This document shows, in pieces, positions 20,076-31,544 of a stretch of DNA of 55,933 nt. Each line of letters starts with the position of its first letter. The first letter of the stretch is position 1. The stretch comes from Euprymna scolopes. Lineage: Eukaryota. The stretch lies in NCBI GenBank assembly GCA_053919585.1, contig JBSSHM010000333.1. One strand, 5' to 3'. A program made the position numbers and the translations under genes. Under the pieces are notes generated by a model. That model searched no databases. It had not been told where the DNA came from and saw nothing but the letters and a program-made list of their open reading frames with translations.

Positions 20076-21493
20076 TTAAACCCACTCTCTAACATCTACA
20101 AAATGCCCAGCAACTGCGGCCGCTGCTGCCATGATAGGGCTAACAAGATGCGTTCTGCCACCCTTTCCTTGTCTGCCTTCAAAGTTGCGATTTGACGTTG
20201 ATGCACAATGCTTACCATAAGGAAGTTGATCTTCATTCATGCCTAAACACATTGAACATCCTGCTTCTCTCCATTCAAATCCTGCATCCATAAAAATTTT
20301 ATCTAATCCTTCTTTTTCTGCCTGTTGACGTACTAATCCAGAGCCCGGTACAACCATTGCCCTTTCTATCTTAGCGGAAATTTTTTTGTTTTTTACGATA
20401 CTTGCCGCTTCTCGAAGATCTTCAATACGAGAGTTTGTGCATGAACCAATAAATACGTATTCTACCGGTATATCTTGAATAGCTAATTGCTCAGATAATC
20501 CCATATAATCTAAAGCATTTTGATAAAAATCTCGCTTACTGTCATCCACGTGTTGTAAGCTAGGTAAATTATCATTCACCCCAGACACCATTTCTGGTGA
20601 GGTCCCCCATGTAACTTGTGGTTGAATTTTTGCACCATCTATTTCAACAACTTTATCAAACTCTGCTCCTTCATCAGAATATAGGGTTTGCCAATAAGCT
20701 AATGCCTGTTCCCATTGTTCTCCTTGTGGAGACATTGGACGATTTTTAATGTATTCAACTGTTTTATCATCAACAGCAACCATCCCACAACGGGCTCCTG
20801 CCTCAATAGACATGTTACAAATCGTCATACGACCTTCCATGCTCATGTTTTCAATCACTTCTCCAGCATACTCAAGTGCATAGCCCGTACCACCTGCTGT
20901 ACCTATTGTACCAATAATGTGTAGAATAACATCTTTAGGTGTTACGCCTTTTTGTAACGTACCTGAGATATTTATTTTCATGCTTTTGGCTTCTTTTTGT
21001 AACAAGCATTGAGTTGCCATAACATGTTCCACTTCTGAGGTTCCAATACCTTGTGCCAAACATCCCAAAGCTCCATTAGTTGAGGTGTGTGAGTCCCCAC
21101 AAACTACGGTCATTCCCGGTAATACTGCTCCTTGCTCGGGTCCCATCACATGTACAATACCTTGTCTTTTATCCTGCAAGGGAATTTGAAAGAAACCAAA
21201 ATGGTGTGTATTATCTTCCAGTGCTTGAACTTGCTCACGAGAGACAGAATCTTCAATACCAGCAATACCCTTTTTACGAGCATCACTATCCGTGGAAACA
21301 TTATGATCCGGTACGGCAACAATTGCTTTTTTTCTCCATAATCCACGATTGGATAAGCGCAATCCCTCAAATGCCTGAGGGAAGTTACTTCGTGCACAAT
21401 GTGTCTGTCAATATAGAGCAAGCATGTCCCATCTTCCTGTTGATTAACCGTATGTTCATGAAACAGTTTTTGATATAACGTTTTTTTACTCAC
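20076..21493 (-). CDS. leuC: 3-isopropylmalate dehydratase large subunit (frameshift at about 21380)
   Basis: [14 protein letters not shown] joins PQAFEGLR if one C is restored (TCCC(C)TCAG); CGDSHT, FIGSCTN, GCSMC and NRNFEGRQG motifs. Confidence 0.95.
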
Positions 21494-21547
21494 TGTATAA
21501 CTCTCTTTTTAGGGTTTTTTAGAATTGGCAATTAATTAGAATTTTAT

Positions 21548-21894
21548 TTAATCTCTTTTATCTTTATTAGAAGAAAATTGTGAAGGCAGGATGTCCCAAG
21601 GAATCACTTTGGCAATTAGAGGCAAAATAATCATTCCACCCGGTAAAAGAAAAATACCAAAAGCAGGAATACTCTTGGCTAGATCCTTAGCTTGTTCAAA
21701 TGCTCTCTCTTATCCTCCTGAGAGACTTTATCATTTAAATAAATTCTCCATAAAATCTCTAGCATATCTCCCGTCTCAACAATTTCTCCCCAAGTTTTCA
21801 TGCTGATATCTTTAAACAAAATCTGAATTTTAGACGGATTAGTCAGTAATTCCTGAACGTCACTAATTCCTTGTTTAATATTTTTTACAACCAT
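21548..21894 (-). CDS. LETM1-like domain protein (frameshift at about 21711)
   Basis: ORF 21679-21894 continues in the -1 frame as ERAFEQAKDLAKSIPAFGIFLLPGGMIILPLIAKVIPWDILPSQF..., stop at 21548. True start uncertain. Confidence 0.65.
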
Positions 21895-22026
21895 AAAAGT
21901 TTAAAGGCTATTATTTTTTGAATTTTACTAACTTAATCAGGATTTTAGATACTATCATATTGTTCCAAAAAATCATCCAACCATATAATTTGCAGAAATG
22001 TCCAACTTCATTGGTAATTTTAACCG

Positions 22027-23011
22027 CTATTTGCTCATCACCTTAGGCTGTTGCCTATAACAATTCTGCCAATCAGCATAAGCCGTTTGTAATACTGAAG
22101 CATCATTTAAGTTCTGTAACCAGCTTTTTTCTTTATTTTTTCAATGTTTGCTCATACACCCAACCACTTATCATAATCATATGACTCAAAGGCTTTGAGA
22201 TTATAGGTCAACTTTTGATGAATTAAACGATACAGCCAAATAATATTATTCTCTTTGAGTACCTTCCATTTTTTTGCCATTTCACACTACCAATCTCACC
22301 ATTTTGTAATTTATTCATATCAGCTAACCATTGAGCATATTGCTCAATACTTTCATTTTGTAAAAATTCACGAGCTAATAAGGGAGCATCTGCTGTAAGC
22401 CATAAAGCTTGTTTAATCGCTTTTTCTTGATATATACCTTCTTGTGACAACCATTTCCTAACCTTTTCCCTATCTTCATTGACTATGGATAAAGATAACT
22501 TTTGTACCCGACTTTGTATGGTTAAAGGTATTGGGCCTAATGTATCGGCTAATAATAAAAATAATGTATTATCCGTAGGTTCTTCTAAAGTTTTTAAAAA
22601 AGCATTAAATGCTTGATTGGTTAATCTATGGGCTGTAAATATAATACCTATTTTCCATCCAGATTGATTCGCTGTTTGACTCACTTGAGCAATTAAATAA
22701 CGTATCTCATCAATTTTGATTATCCCACTATCAGAAGTAGAAGAGATAGGATAACAATCAGGATGGCACTGTTGGGTAATATCTTCTTGACAAGCAAACC
22801 ATACACAAGATGGACATTGTCCACATGCTTGATTGCTTTCCTTAGATTGACATAACAACAATCTAGCTAATTCATTCGCTAACACATGTTTCCCAAAACC
22901 ACTTGGAGCATGAATCAGTAACGCATGAGGTAAATTTTTATTTGCTATACAATCAACAAGATAACGCCAAGTTGCTACAAGCCAAGGATAATTTGTGATG
23001 GTAGATGACAT
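22027..23011 (-). CDS. holB: DNA polymerase III delta' subunit (C-terminus frameshifted)
   Basis: YPWL, PHALL, CGQCPSC, HPD, NAFLKTLEEP and TIQSR motifs; follows tmk. The tail continues across frames (MAKKWK...; ...NLNDASVLQTAYADW). End approximate. Confidence 0.88.
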
Positions 23012-23015
23012 AAAA

Positions 23016-23645
23016 CTATTTTTCAAACAAGCATAATAATTCTTTCTGTACATCTACACAAACCTGTTCAATAGACTGATTAGCATTAATCAGTTTAATT
23101 CTTTGTGGATGCTGTTTTGCCAAAGAAAGATATCCTTGCCTCACTTTATTTTGAAAATTATTAGCATGACTATCAAGGCGATTGGTAGCTTCATTTTTTT
23201 TTGCCAAACGTTCATACGAAACAGTTGTGTCAATATCTAATAGCACAGTCAAATCGGGCTGATGCCCTCCATACACCAACTTCGCCAATTGTTCAACAAA
23301 ATATCTTTCTATGCCTCTTCCATATACTTGATAGGCAAAAGTTGAATCAGTAAATCGATCACAGAGTACCCAACTATTTGCTTCCAATGCAGGTAAAACT
23401 TTTCTTTTAAGATGTTCAAAACGTGCAGCAAACATCATCAGAGCCTCTGTTTCACCTGATACAGAAGCTAATGCATCACTGAGCAATACTTCTCGAATGG
23501 TTTCTGCAATAGGTGTTCCGCCTGGTTCTCGACTAAGCATAACATCATTCCCCCTACTTTCAAGAAATTTCTTAGTTTCTTGAATAACAGTACTTTTTCC
23601 TGAACCATCAATCCCCTCAAATGTAATAAACTTTGCTTGTGACAT
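23016..23645 (-). CDS. tmk: Thymidylate kinase
   Basis: FITFEGIDGSGKST, REPGG and CDRFTDSTFAYQ motifs. Confidence 0.97.
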   Translation of the reverse strand: MSQAKFITFEGIDGSGKSTVIQETKKFLESRGNDVMLSREPGGTPIAETIREVLLSDALASVSGETEALMMFAARFEHLKRKVLPALEANSWVLCDRFTDSTFAYQVYGRGIERYFVEQLAKLVYGGHQPDLTVLLDIDTTVSYERLAKKNEATNRLDSHANNFQNKVRQGYLSLAKQHPQRIKLINANQSIEQVCVDVQKELLCLFEK

Positions 23646-23657
23646 CAGCACACCAAA

Positions 23658-24335
23658 TCACTCTTTTTCATCTTGTTCAAAATCAATAATACGCCAACCA
23701 CAACTGAGTGCATAATCTCTTAATTTATCATCAGCATTCACCACAACAGGATTCTCTGCCATGGTTAATAAAGGAATATCATTAAATGAATCCGAATAGG
23801 CAAAACAATCTTTTAAGTGTTTTTTAGATAAGTTATTTTCCTCTAACCATTGATAAATGTTTTTTACCTTATTTTCACCATAATTTGGCAACCCTATATA
23901 TTTTCCTGTATACTGCTCGCCAATGATTTCTAATTGCGTACTAATCACCTCATTAATACCTAAAATATTCGCAATGGGAGAAACAATAAATGAGTTTGTT
24001 GCACTGTGTAAAATCAACCTATCTTCATCTTTTTTATGCTGTGCAATTAATTCATATGATTCTGGGTAAATAATTGGGAGAATCACTGTTTCAACAAATT
24101 CATGATTAAGCGATAATAACTCTTCCGTTTGATGCTTTCCCAAAGGTGCCAAGCTAAAACGCAAATATTCATCATGATCTAACACACCCTGCTGGTAATC
24201 TTGATAAAATTTTTCATTATTTTTTTGATAATCCTCTGCATCAACAAATTTATTAGCAACTAAAAACTCTCCCCAAAGATAGTCACTATCACCTTGAATT
24301 AACGTATTGTCTAAATCAAAAAAAACTAAAGCCAT
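23658..24335 (-). CDS. HAD-IB family hydrolase (SerB/histidinol-phosphatase-like)
   Basis: FFDLDNTL, SAT, and YSDSFNDIPLL motifs. Confidence 0.88.
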   Translation of the reverse strand: MALVFFDLDNTLIQGDSDYLWGEFLVANKFVDAEDYQKNNEKFYQDYQQGVLDHDEYLRFSLAPLGKHQTEELLSLNHEFVETVILPIIYPESYELIAQHKKDEDRLILHSATNSFIVSPIANILGINEVISTQLEIIGEQYTGKYIGLPNYGENKVKNIYQWLEENNLSKKHLKDCFAYSDSFNDIPLLTMAENPVVVNADDKLRDYALSCGWRIIDFEQDEKE

Positions 24336-24342
24336 CTCTATA

Positions 24343-25400
24343 TTATTTTATTTTTGCATGAATTTTTTCTGCTAACTGATTAACTGCCATAGCATAACTA
24401 TTTAGCACATTGTAACGCTTAATCACATTAAAATTATGATACAGTCCCAAAGTTGATAATTTTTTGCTCTAAATAATACTATCTGCTTCACCCCTTTTAA
24501 ATTTTTTTTTGCCTTTTGGTTGATTTTATTTAATCTTCGATGCATCTTTTCTTCCTTATATCTTGAATTCACAGATGAATAACTAAACTCATATAATAAT
24601 TTAGCCACAGGTGCATGAACCTGCCATCCATTTTTAATAAAATAATTGGCAACACTCGCAATAGCATCCTCTTCTGAATGAAATAAGTCAATCAAACCAT
24701 CCTGATTGTAATCTACCGCATAATGCTTATACGAGGTTGGAATGAATTGTCCCATACCCAATGCACCTGCATAAGAACCCTTTTTATCATGCATAAATGA
24801 ATTTTTCTCACCAAGTTGTAAAAAAGTAATCAATTGCCTTTGATAAAAAGGTTTACGATGAGAATCTTTATGAAAACTATTGGTAATTAAAGTATTACGT
24901 ACATGATACTTACCTTGAAACTCCCCAAACTTGGTTTCCACACCTAAAATAGCAACAAGAATAGATACAGGTACACCATATTCTTTTGCAACTTTATCAT
25001 AAATATTTTTATGTTGATAGTAATGTTTGACCCCTAAATCAACCCTTTCTTCTTGAAGAAAAATTTTATTATAAAGTCTCCATGCTACCATATAATGATC
25101 AAAAGCCCTTTTGGTTTTAATCTTGTTACTTGCTTTTTTTTTCTTGCCTTTTTTAATCAGTTCAATAACTTTTGGATTATATTCATATTCCTCATAAAAA
25201 TAACGCCTAAGATCATTTTCATTAACATCTTTTTTAAATCTACCAATAAAGTCTTCCATTGCCCGAACATCTAAATATTTGTGATGTTCTCTACTTTTTT
25301 CCATATTATGTTGCCCTTGCCCAAAAGCAGTTGCATAACAAAAAAGCAAACTAGCAATAAAATAATGATGGAAGTTTCGTATAGATATTTTTTTACTCAT
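24343..25400 (-). CDS. mltB: Lytic murein transglycosylase B family (frameshift at about 24447)
   Basis: GVETKFG, GSYAGALGMGQFIPTSY, IASVANY; restoring one G gives the conserved tail NFNVIKRYN...YAMAVNQLAEKI, stop 24343. Confidence 0.9.
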
Positions 25401-25409
25401 AATTCTATA

Positions 25410-26579
25410 TTATCTTCTGTAATGCGTCGCACTTTTCTCAATAGCATGGCATTTTATTGATGAAAGCAAACCTAAAATAATTGCATAGGCTATTAATGAA
25501 CTTCCTCCATAACTCATTAATGGCAATGGTAAGCCAACAACTGGCAATAAACCTAATACCATACCAATATTAACAGTCATATACATAAAAATCACCACAC
25601 TTAACGTTACCCCTAATACACGAGAAAAATGGCTTGTTGAGGCAATAGAGATAGATAATCCCCTATACATTAATGCTATATAAACCATAATTAATGCTAC
25701 CGAACCTAAAAAGCCAAACTCTTCAGCAATCACTGAAAAGATAAAATCAGTATGCTTCTCAGGGACAAAATCTAAACGTGATTGACCACCTTGCAACCAA
25801 CCACTACCAACCCATCCTCCTGAACCAATAGCAATCATTGACTGAATAACATGATAGCCTGAACCCAAGGGGTCTTGATAGGGATCTAAAAAAGTTAATA
25901 CTCTTTGTTTTTGATAGGCATGCATATTGCTCCACAATAGCGGAAAACTCAAAACCATTACCGTAACCCCTGCCATAATAATTTTCCAAGGCAATCCTGC
26001 TAAAAAAATCACAACTAATCCTGACATTAACACCATCAATGCAGAACCCAAATCAGGCTGAATCGCAATTAATATAACTGATACAGAAATAACCATGCAT
26101 ACCACAATCCAAGCAAACCATCTACTTATTGCATATTCATCAGCCAAATTTAGCCACCACGCCAACATTAATGGGAGAAGAAATTTAAAAAATTCAGAGG
26201 GTTGTAAATTAACCACACCAAAATCAATCCAGCGTTGTGAACCATTGCTTTCAACTCCCCAAAGAAAAACTGCAATAAGCAATAAAATCCCACTTACATA
26301 AAGATAGGGTGAAAATAACTTAACTATGTATATCGGTATTTGACTTACTACAAGAAAAAATACCCATGCCACAAGGTAATTAATTATCTGTTTCTTATAC
26401 AAGTATGATGAGGTTTCTGGGTCATAAATCATGACAACAGAAAAAACAGAAAAGCTTAAAAAGAATAATACTATCCATAAATCAATGGCTGGTTTCCAAG
26501 AGCGAGTACGCCCAACCAACTCCGGAGCAATATAATCTCCTTTGCGACTAGCAATATTTTTATGCAAAAAATCAACCAT
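25410..26579 (-). CDS. rodA: SEDS glycosyltransferase RodA
   Basis: GSQRWI, QPSEF, QPDLG, PEKHTDFIF and SYGGSS motifs. Confidence 0.96.
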   Translation of the reverse strand: MVDFLHKNIASRKGDYIAPELVGRTRSWKPAIDLWIVLFFLSFSVFSVVMIYDPETSSYLYKKQIINYLVAWVFFLVVSQIPIYIVKLFSPYLYVSGILLLIAVFLWGVESNGSQRWIDFGVVNLQPSEFFKFLLPLMLAWWLNLADEYAISRWFAWIVVCMVISVSVILIAIQPDLGSALMVLMSGLVVIFLAGLPWKIIMAGVTVMVLSFPLLWSNMHAYQKQRVLTFLDPYQDPLGSGYHVIQSMIAIGSGGWVGSGWLQGGQSRLDFVPEKHTDFIFSVIAEEFGFLGSVALIMVYIALMYRGLSISIASTSHFSRVLGVTLSVVIFMYMTVNIGMVLGLLPVVGLPLPLMSYGGSSLIAYAIILGLLSSIKCHAIEKSATHYRR

Positions 26580-28432
26580 TAATAATACTGAAAATATTTA
26601 TCCAATACTTTTCTTGCCACTTTACTTGCAATACCTGAACCATTTCCACCATTTTCTATGACCACTGCAATAGCCACTTTAGGATTTTTATAAGGCGCAA
26701 AACCAGCAAACAATGAATGATCTCGAAACTTTTCCTTAAGATTCTCTTTTTGTTTTTCTCGCTTATTAGGATCTTGAGCTAGATTCACAATCTGTGCAGT
26801 TCCAGTTTTACCTGCTAAACTATAAACTGTACCTTTCATGACTTTATGAGCAGTTCCATAAGGTTGGTTAACCGTATCATACAAGGAAGATTTTACACTT
26901 TTCCAATCTTTTTCATCATACCATTTAACTCGATGTGAGGAACGAGATTTTGTTTTTTTAGAATTAAAACTCACCAAAGAAGGAAATACTACTTCTCCAT
27001 GATTAGCTAATGTAGTTATGGCAACAGCCAGCTGCAAAGGAGTGGTTAAAAAATAACCTTGACCAATGGCAGTAATCACCGTTTCACCATCAATCCAACT
27101 TCCTCCATTACTTGCATATTTCCAATCACGACTTGGTAAAATTCCCGAGGATTCTCCAAACACATCAATGCCAGTTTTTTTTCCAAAAACAAATTGATCT
27201 AAAAATGAACTTAATCGATCAATCCCTATACGGTTACCCAAATCATAAAAATACACATCTGAAGATTTTGCCATTGCTTCATGCAAATCTACCCAACCAT
27301 GCCCACCTTTCTTCCAGTCATGAAAACGGCGTTCATTACCCTTTACTTGGTAATATGGCTTTGCCAAAAATTTCTTATTAGCCTCTAAGAGTTTATAATG
27401 CAATCCAGCTAAAGCAACAAAAGGCTTAATGATCGATGCCGGTGGATACTGAGCCTTAATGGCCCGATTAAGTAAAGGCTTATTCTTATTTTGAAATAAC
27501 TCCTTTATGCCAACCCCTGAAATAAACACATTATTGTCATAGTACGGAGCACTACTCATTACTAATATATCGCCATTTGATACATCCATCAAAACAACTG
27601 ATCCCTTTAAGTCTTTAATTTGCTCATCAACATACTTTTGCAATCGTGCATCAATGGTAAGCTGCAAATCTGCACCATCTGTAGCTGGCTCAATTTCAAT
27701 ATCTTTAATTCTTTTACCATTTACATTAACTTCAACAATTTTATGACCTACTTTCCCACGCAATTCACGATCATAATAACGTTCCAATCCGTTTTTTCCC
27801 ACATACGTAAAATTCCTACTATCACTCTGCTTATCAAATAACGCATTATCATTTAAATCTGTATCACCAACAAGTCCAACATAGCCCAATATATGAGCAG
27901 CAACATGATGGTAAGGATAGATACGCACGATTTTATAATCTAAACTAATCTCTGGATAAAGAAAGCTGATATTTGAAAAACGTGCAGCCTCCTCATCATT
28001 AAGAATGGCAAAAGAGACAAATTGCTGTTTGCGTTTATATCGCTTATTTTTCTTATATAAGTACCAAGAATTTTCATCATTTAAACCCAGTTTAATGCTA
28101 ACATCATGGATGATTTTTTTTATTTTATCTCGTTGAATTTTATTGTTAATGCGTAATTCATAACGTGCCTTATTGTCTGCTAAGACTTCACCATTACGAT
28201 CAAATATACGTCCACGATAAGGCGTGATGGGAACAAAAGAAAAACGATTTTTCTCAGATTGTTTCTGAAATTCTATATAGTTTGATACCTGTAAATCAAA
28301 TAAGCGAAAAATCAGTATCAAGACTATTATCAAAGTGAAAAATGCAAGCTGAAACGTCCTATTTCGATAAAGGAAATAAATCGCTCTATAATTTTTTAAT
28401 TGAATCGTTGATTTAGGTTTTCTAAACTTCAT
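26579..28432 (-). CDS. mrdA: Penicillin-binding protein 2
   Basis: RGRIFDRNG, SIIK (SxxK), SSD, KTGTAQ; between mreD and rodA. Confidence 0.95.
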   Translation of the reverse strand: MKFRKPKSTIQLKNYRAIYFLYRNRTFQLAFFTLIIVLILIFRLFDLQVSNYIEFQKQSEKNRFSFVPITPYRGRIFDRNGEVLADNKARYELRINNKIQRDKIKKIIHDVSIKLGLNDENSWYLYKKNKRYKRKQQFVSFAILNDEEAARFSNISFLYPEISLDYKIVRIYPYHHVAAHILGYVGLVGDTDLNDNALFDKQSDSRNFTYVGKNGLERYYDRELRGKVGHKIVEVNVNGKRIKDIEIEPATDGADLQLTIDARLQKYVDEQIKDLKGSVVLMDVSNGDILVMSSAPYYDNNVFISGVGIKELFQNKNKPLLNRAIKAQYPPASIIKPFVALAGLHYKLLEANKKFLAKPYYQVKGNERRFHDWKKGGHGWVDLHEAMAKSSDVYFYDLGNRIGIDRLSSFLDQFVFGKKTGIDVFGESSGILPSRDWKYASNGGSWIDGETVITAIGQGYFLTTPLQLAVAITTLANHGEVVFPSLVSFNSKKTKSRSSHRVKWYDEKDWKSVKSSLYDTVNQPYGTAHKVMKGTVYSLAGKTGTAQIVNLAQDPNKREKQKENLKEKFRDHSLFAGFAPYKNPKVAIAVVIENGGNGSGIASKVARKVLDKYFQYY

Positions 28433-28433
28433 C

Positions 28434-28913
28434 TTAAAATTTAGAAAGGTTTTGGGGTTTAGGAAGAAAATTATGTAAAATTAGTAGCAAAACAATCCCT
28501 AAAAAAGCAGAAAAAATAATTGGCTGATAATGAATGAGAAATATATTTTGATCATATAACCAAGCAAAAAGAAGTACTCTTAACACCTCATAAATCATAA
28601 TAAACAACACGGTTAAAAATACCTTTCCTATACCACCAGAAAAAGAAAAAAACACCATCAAAACTCTAAACAGCAGACCTATGGTTATAAAAAGAAATGC
28701 CTCAGAGCCAAGATAAACATGCGTCAATACATCACTTGCAATACCACATAAAAACATCCATCCAAGTCCAAATTGCAAAGGCAGGCGATACATAAAAAGT
28801 AATCCCATCACCAGCATCCATGGGGGTGTGTATAAAATAATATCATTTGGAAATGGATAAATGCTTAAAAACATCGCACAAATTACCACAATAACGATTG
28901 AAATAAAATTCAT
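28434..28913 (-). CDS. mreD: Rod shape-determining protein MreD
   Basis: 159-aa hydrophobic protein between mreC and mrdA; GIASDVL...LG pattern. Confidence 0.85.
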   Translation of the reverse strand: MNFISIVIVVICAMFLSIYPFPNDIILYTPPWMLVMGLLFMYRLPLQFGLGWMFLCGIASDVLTHVYLGSEAFLFITIGLLFRVLMVFFSFSGGIGKVFLTVLFIMIYEVLRVLLFAWLYDQNIFLIHYQPIIFSAFLGIVLLLILHNFLPKPQNLSKF

Positions 28914-28926
28914 AACTCTAACTTGA

Positions 28927-29742
28927 TTAATCTCTACGAATCAGCACCAACACTTTTCTTAAGCTGGAGAATGGTACAACAGAGCGAATATTGCTGGTAA
29001 TCATATAACGGCCAGTTTCAACTGATTCAACTGTAGCAACAGGAAATCCAGCTGGAAAAACTCCGCCTAAACCTGTAGTGACAAACAAATCATTTGGCAA
29101 AATATTCAATCTCTTATCTGGTGATTGCAAACGCATACCTATTGATGAACCATATGCAATAGCACGCAAGCCATTTCGCTTATTATAAACAGAAATAGAC
29201 ATAGATGGTGCATACAACAATAATACCTGAGAACTATACACACCAACATAACTTACCTGACCAATAACTCCTTGATTATTGATAACTGCCTGCCCAACTT
29301 CTATACCATCCTCAGCATTTAGATTGATACTTATTTCATAGGGAGATTGTCTATTGGCAATTTTCTTAACTTCTGCTAATTTAACCGCAAAATTTGGAAT
29401 TAATGATTTGACTCCCAAAAACTTTAACAATTCTTCATTTTGTTGCTTAATCAAAGACAATTGATAAACTTGTGAAGTCAATAATGTATTTTGATTTTCT
29501 AAATAATCAATACGATCTTGTAAATTCTCCTCCTCACTCAGTCTGATTTTTTCAAACTTTTCATACCAATTTAAAAACGTATCAGGAATGGTTCTAATTG
29601 GTTGAGAAAGCGAATAGAGATAAGCAAAAGAATAATTCCATTGCTTTTGTAAAAAAATCAGCCCAAAACAAACCAAAACCAAAGAAGCATACTTTAAAAA
29701 ATCTCCTCGACGAGCAGCCTTTACAAGATTATGCTTCAGCAT
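28927..29742 (-). CDS. mreC: Rod shape-determining protein MreC
   Basis: TM helix plus coiled coil; GVIGQV and TTGLGGVFPAGFPV motifs. Confidence 0.93.
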   Translation of the reverse strand: MLKHNLVKAARRGDFLKYASLVLVCFGLIFLQKQWNYSFAYLYSLSQPIRTIPDTFLNWYEKFEKIRLSEEENLQDRIDYLENQNTLLTSQVYQLSLIKQQNEELLKFLGVKSLIPNFAVKLAEVKKIANRQSPYEISINLNAEDGIEVGQAVINNQGVIGQVSYVGVYSSQVLLLYAPSMSISVYNKRNGLRAIAYGSSIGMRLQSPDKRLNILPNDLFVTTGLGGVFPAGFPVATVESVETGRYMITSNIRSVVPFSSLRKVLVLIRRD

Positions 29743-29862
29743 TTAACTGTCATTAAAATTCAAGGTGAAAGCAGAGACAAGCGAAATCCCCATAGAGCAA
29801 TGGATATTTTCTTATGTTTTTTTAGATAATTAACATCCATGTAAGCTGATAGAAAACACTTG

Positions 29863-30930
<1,068 letters not shown>

Positions 30931-31163
30931 TTAAAGAAACAGAATCATTCTGTCAAATTTAAGCACTGATGTTAAGTTATGCTTACAAGATTTTCCCTAT
31001 TTCACTAATTTAAAAATCTTATGTAATCCATCCCGTAGTTAACTTATAGAAAGCATCTTTAAAAAAGGTCTCTCCAATAAGTAAAAAATTACTTACCTGA
31101 TATACTCAGAACATCAACATCATCACTGTACAATTATAATGTATGTACTATTTCTTCGATTCC

Positions 31164-31191
31164 TTGAGGATAATGAGTTGAGGATAATGAG
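31164..31191. repeat. 14-bp tandem duplication TTGAGGATAATGAG x2
   Basis: Exact copies at 31164-31177 and 31178-31191 in the mreB/gatC divergent spacer. Confidence 0.85.
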
Positions 31192-31239
31192 AATGCTCCT
31201 CATTTTTATCACTAAACGTAAATTATAAATACTTGCTTC

Positions 31240-31527
31240 ATGTCTGTCTCAATTGAAAACATCAACCAAATTGCACACCTTGCTCGTTTACAATTTAACG
31301 AGTCTGAACTTCCACAATTTACTGAACAATTTAATCAAGTCCTTAATTTAGTGGATAAGATCAACCGAGTCAAGACTGATGATATTGAACCTATGGCAAG
31401 CCCTTTAGAAAGCATTCAGCGTTTAAGAGAAGATGTGATTACCGAAGAAAATCAAAGAGAAAAAATGCAAGAAAATGCCCCGCAAACTGAAGCCGGTTTA
31501 TACCTTGTCCCAACGATTATCGAATAA
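31240..31527 (+). CDS. gatC: Asp/Glu-tRNA amidotransferase subunit C
   Basis: IAHLARL, LRED and NAP...YLVP motifs; precedes gatA. Confidence 0.95.
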   Translation: MSVSIENINQIAHLARLQFNESELPQFTEQFNQVLNLVDKINRVKTDDIEPMASPLESIQRLREDVITEENQREKMQENAPQTEAGLYLVPTIIE

Positions 31528-31544
31528 CTCCCCTACCTAATACA

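Noticed and set aside
21591-21806. 71-aa plus-strand ORF and other short ORFs nested in known genes
   Set aside because: Antisense or off-frame shadows of well-supported genes, here the LETM1-like gene.
20076-24450. leuC, holB and mltB as true pseudogenes
   Set aside because: Motifs are intact, holB is essential, and the lesions are clustered one-base deletions; assembly error is more likely.
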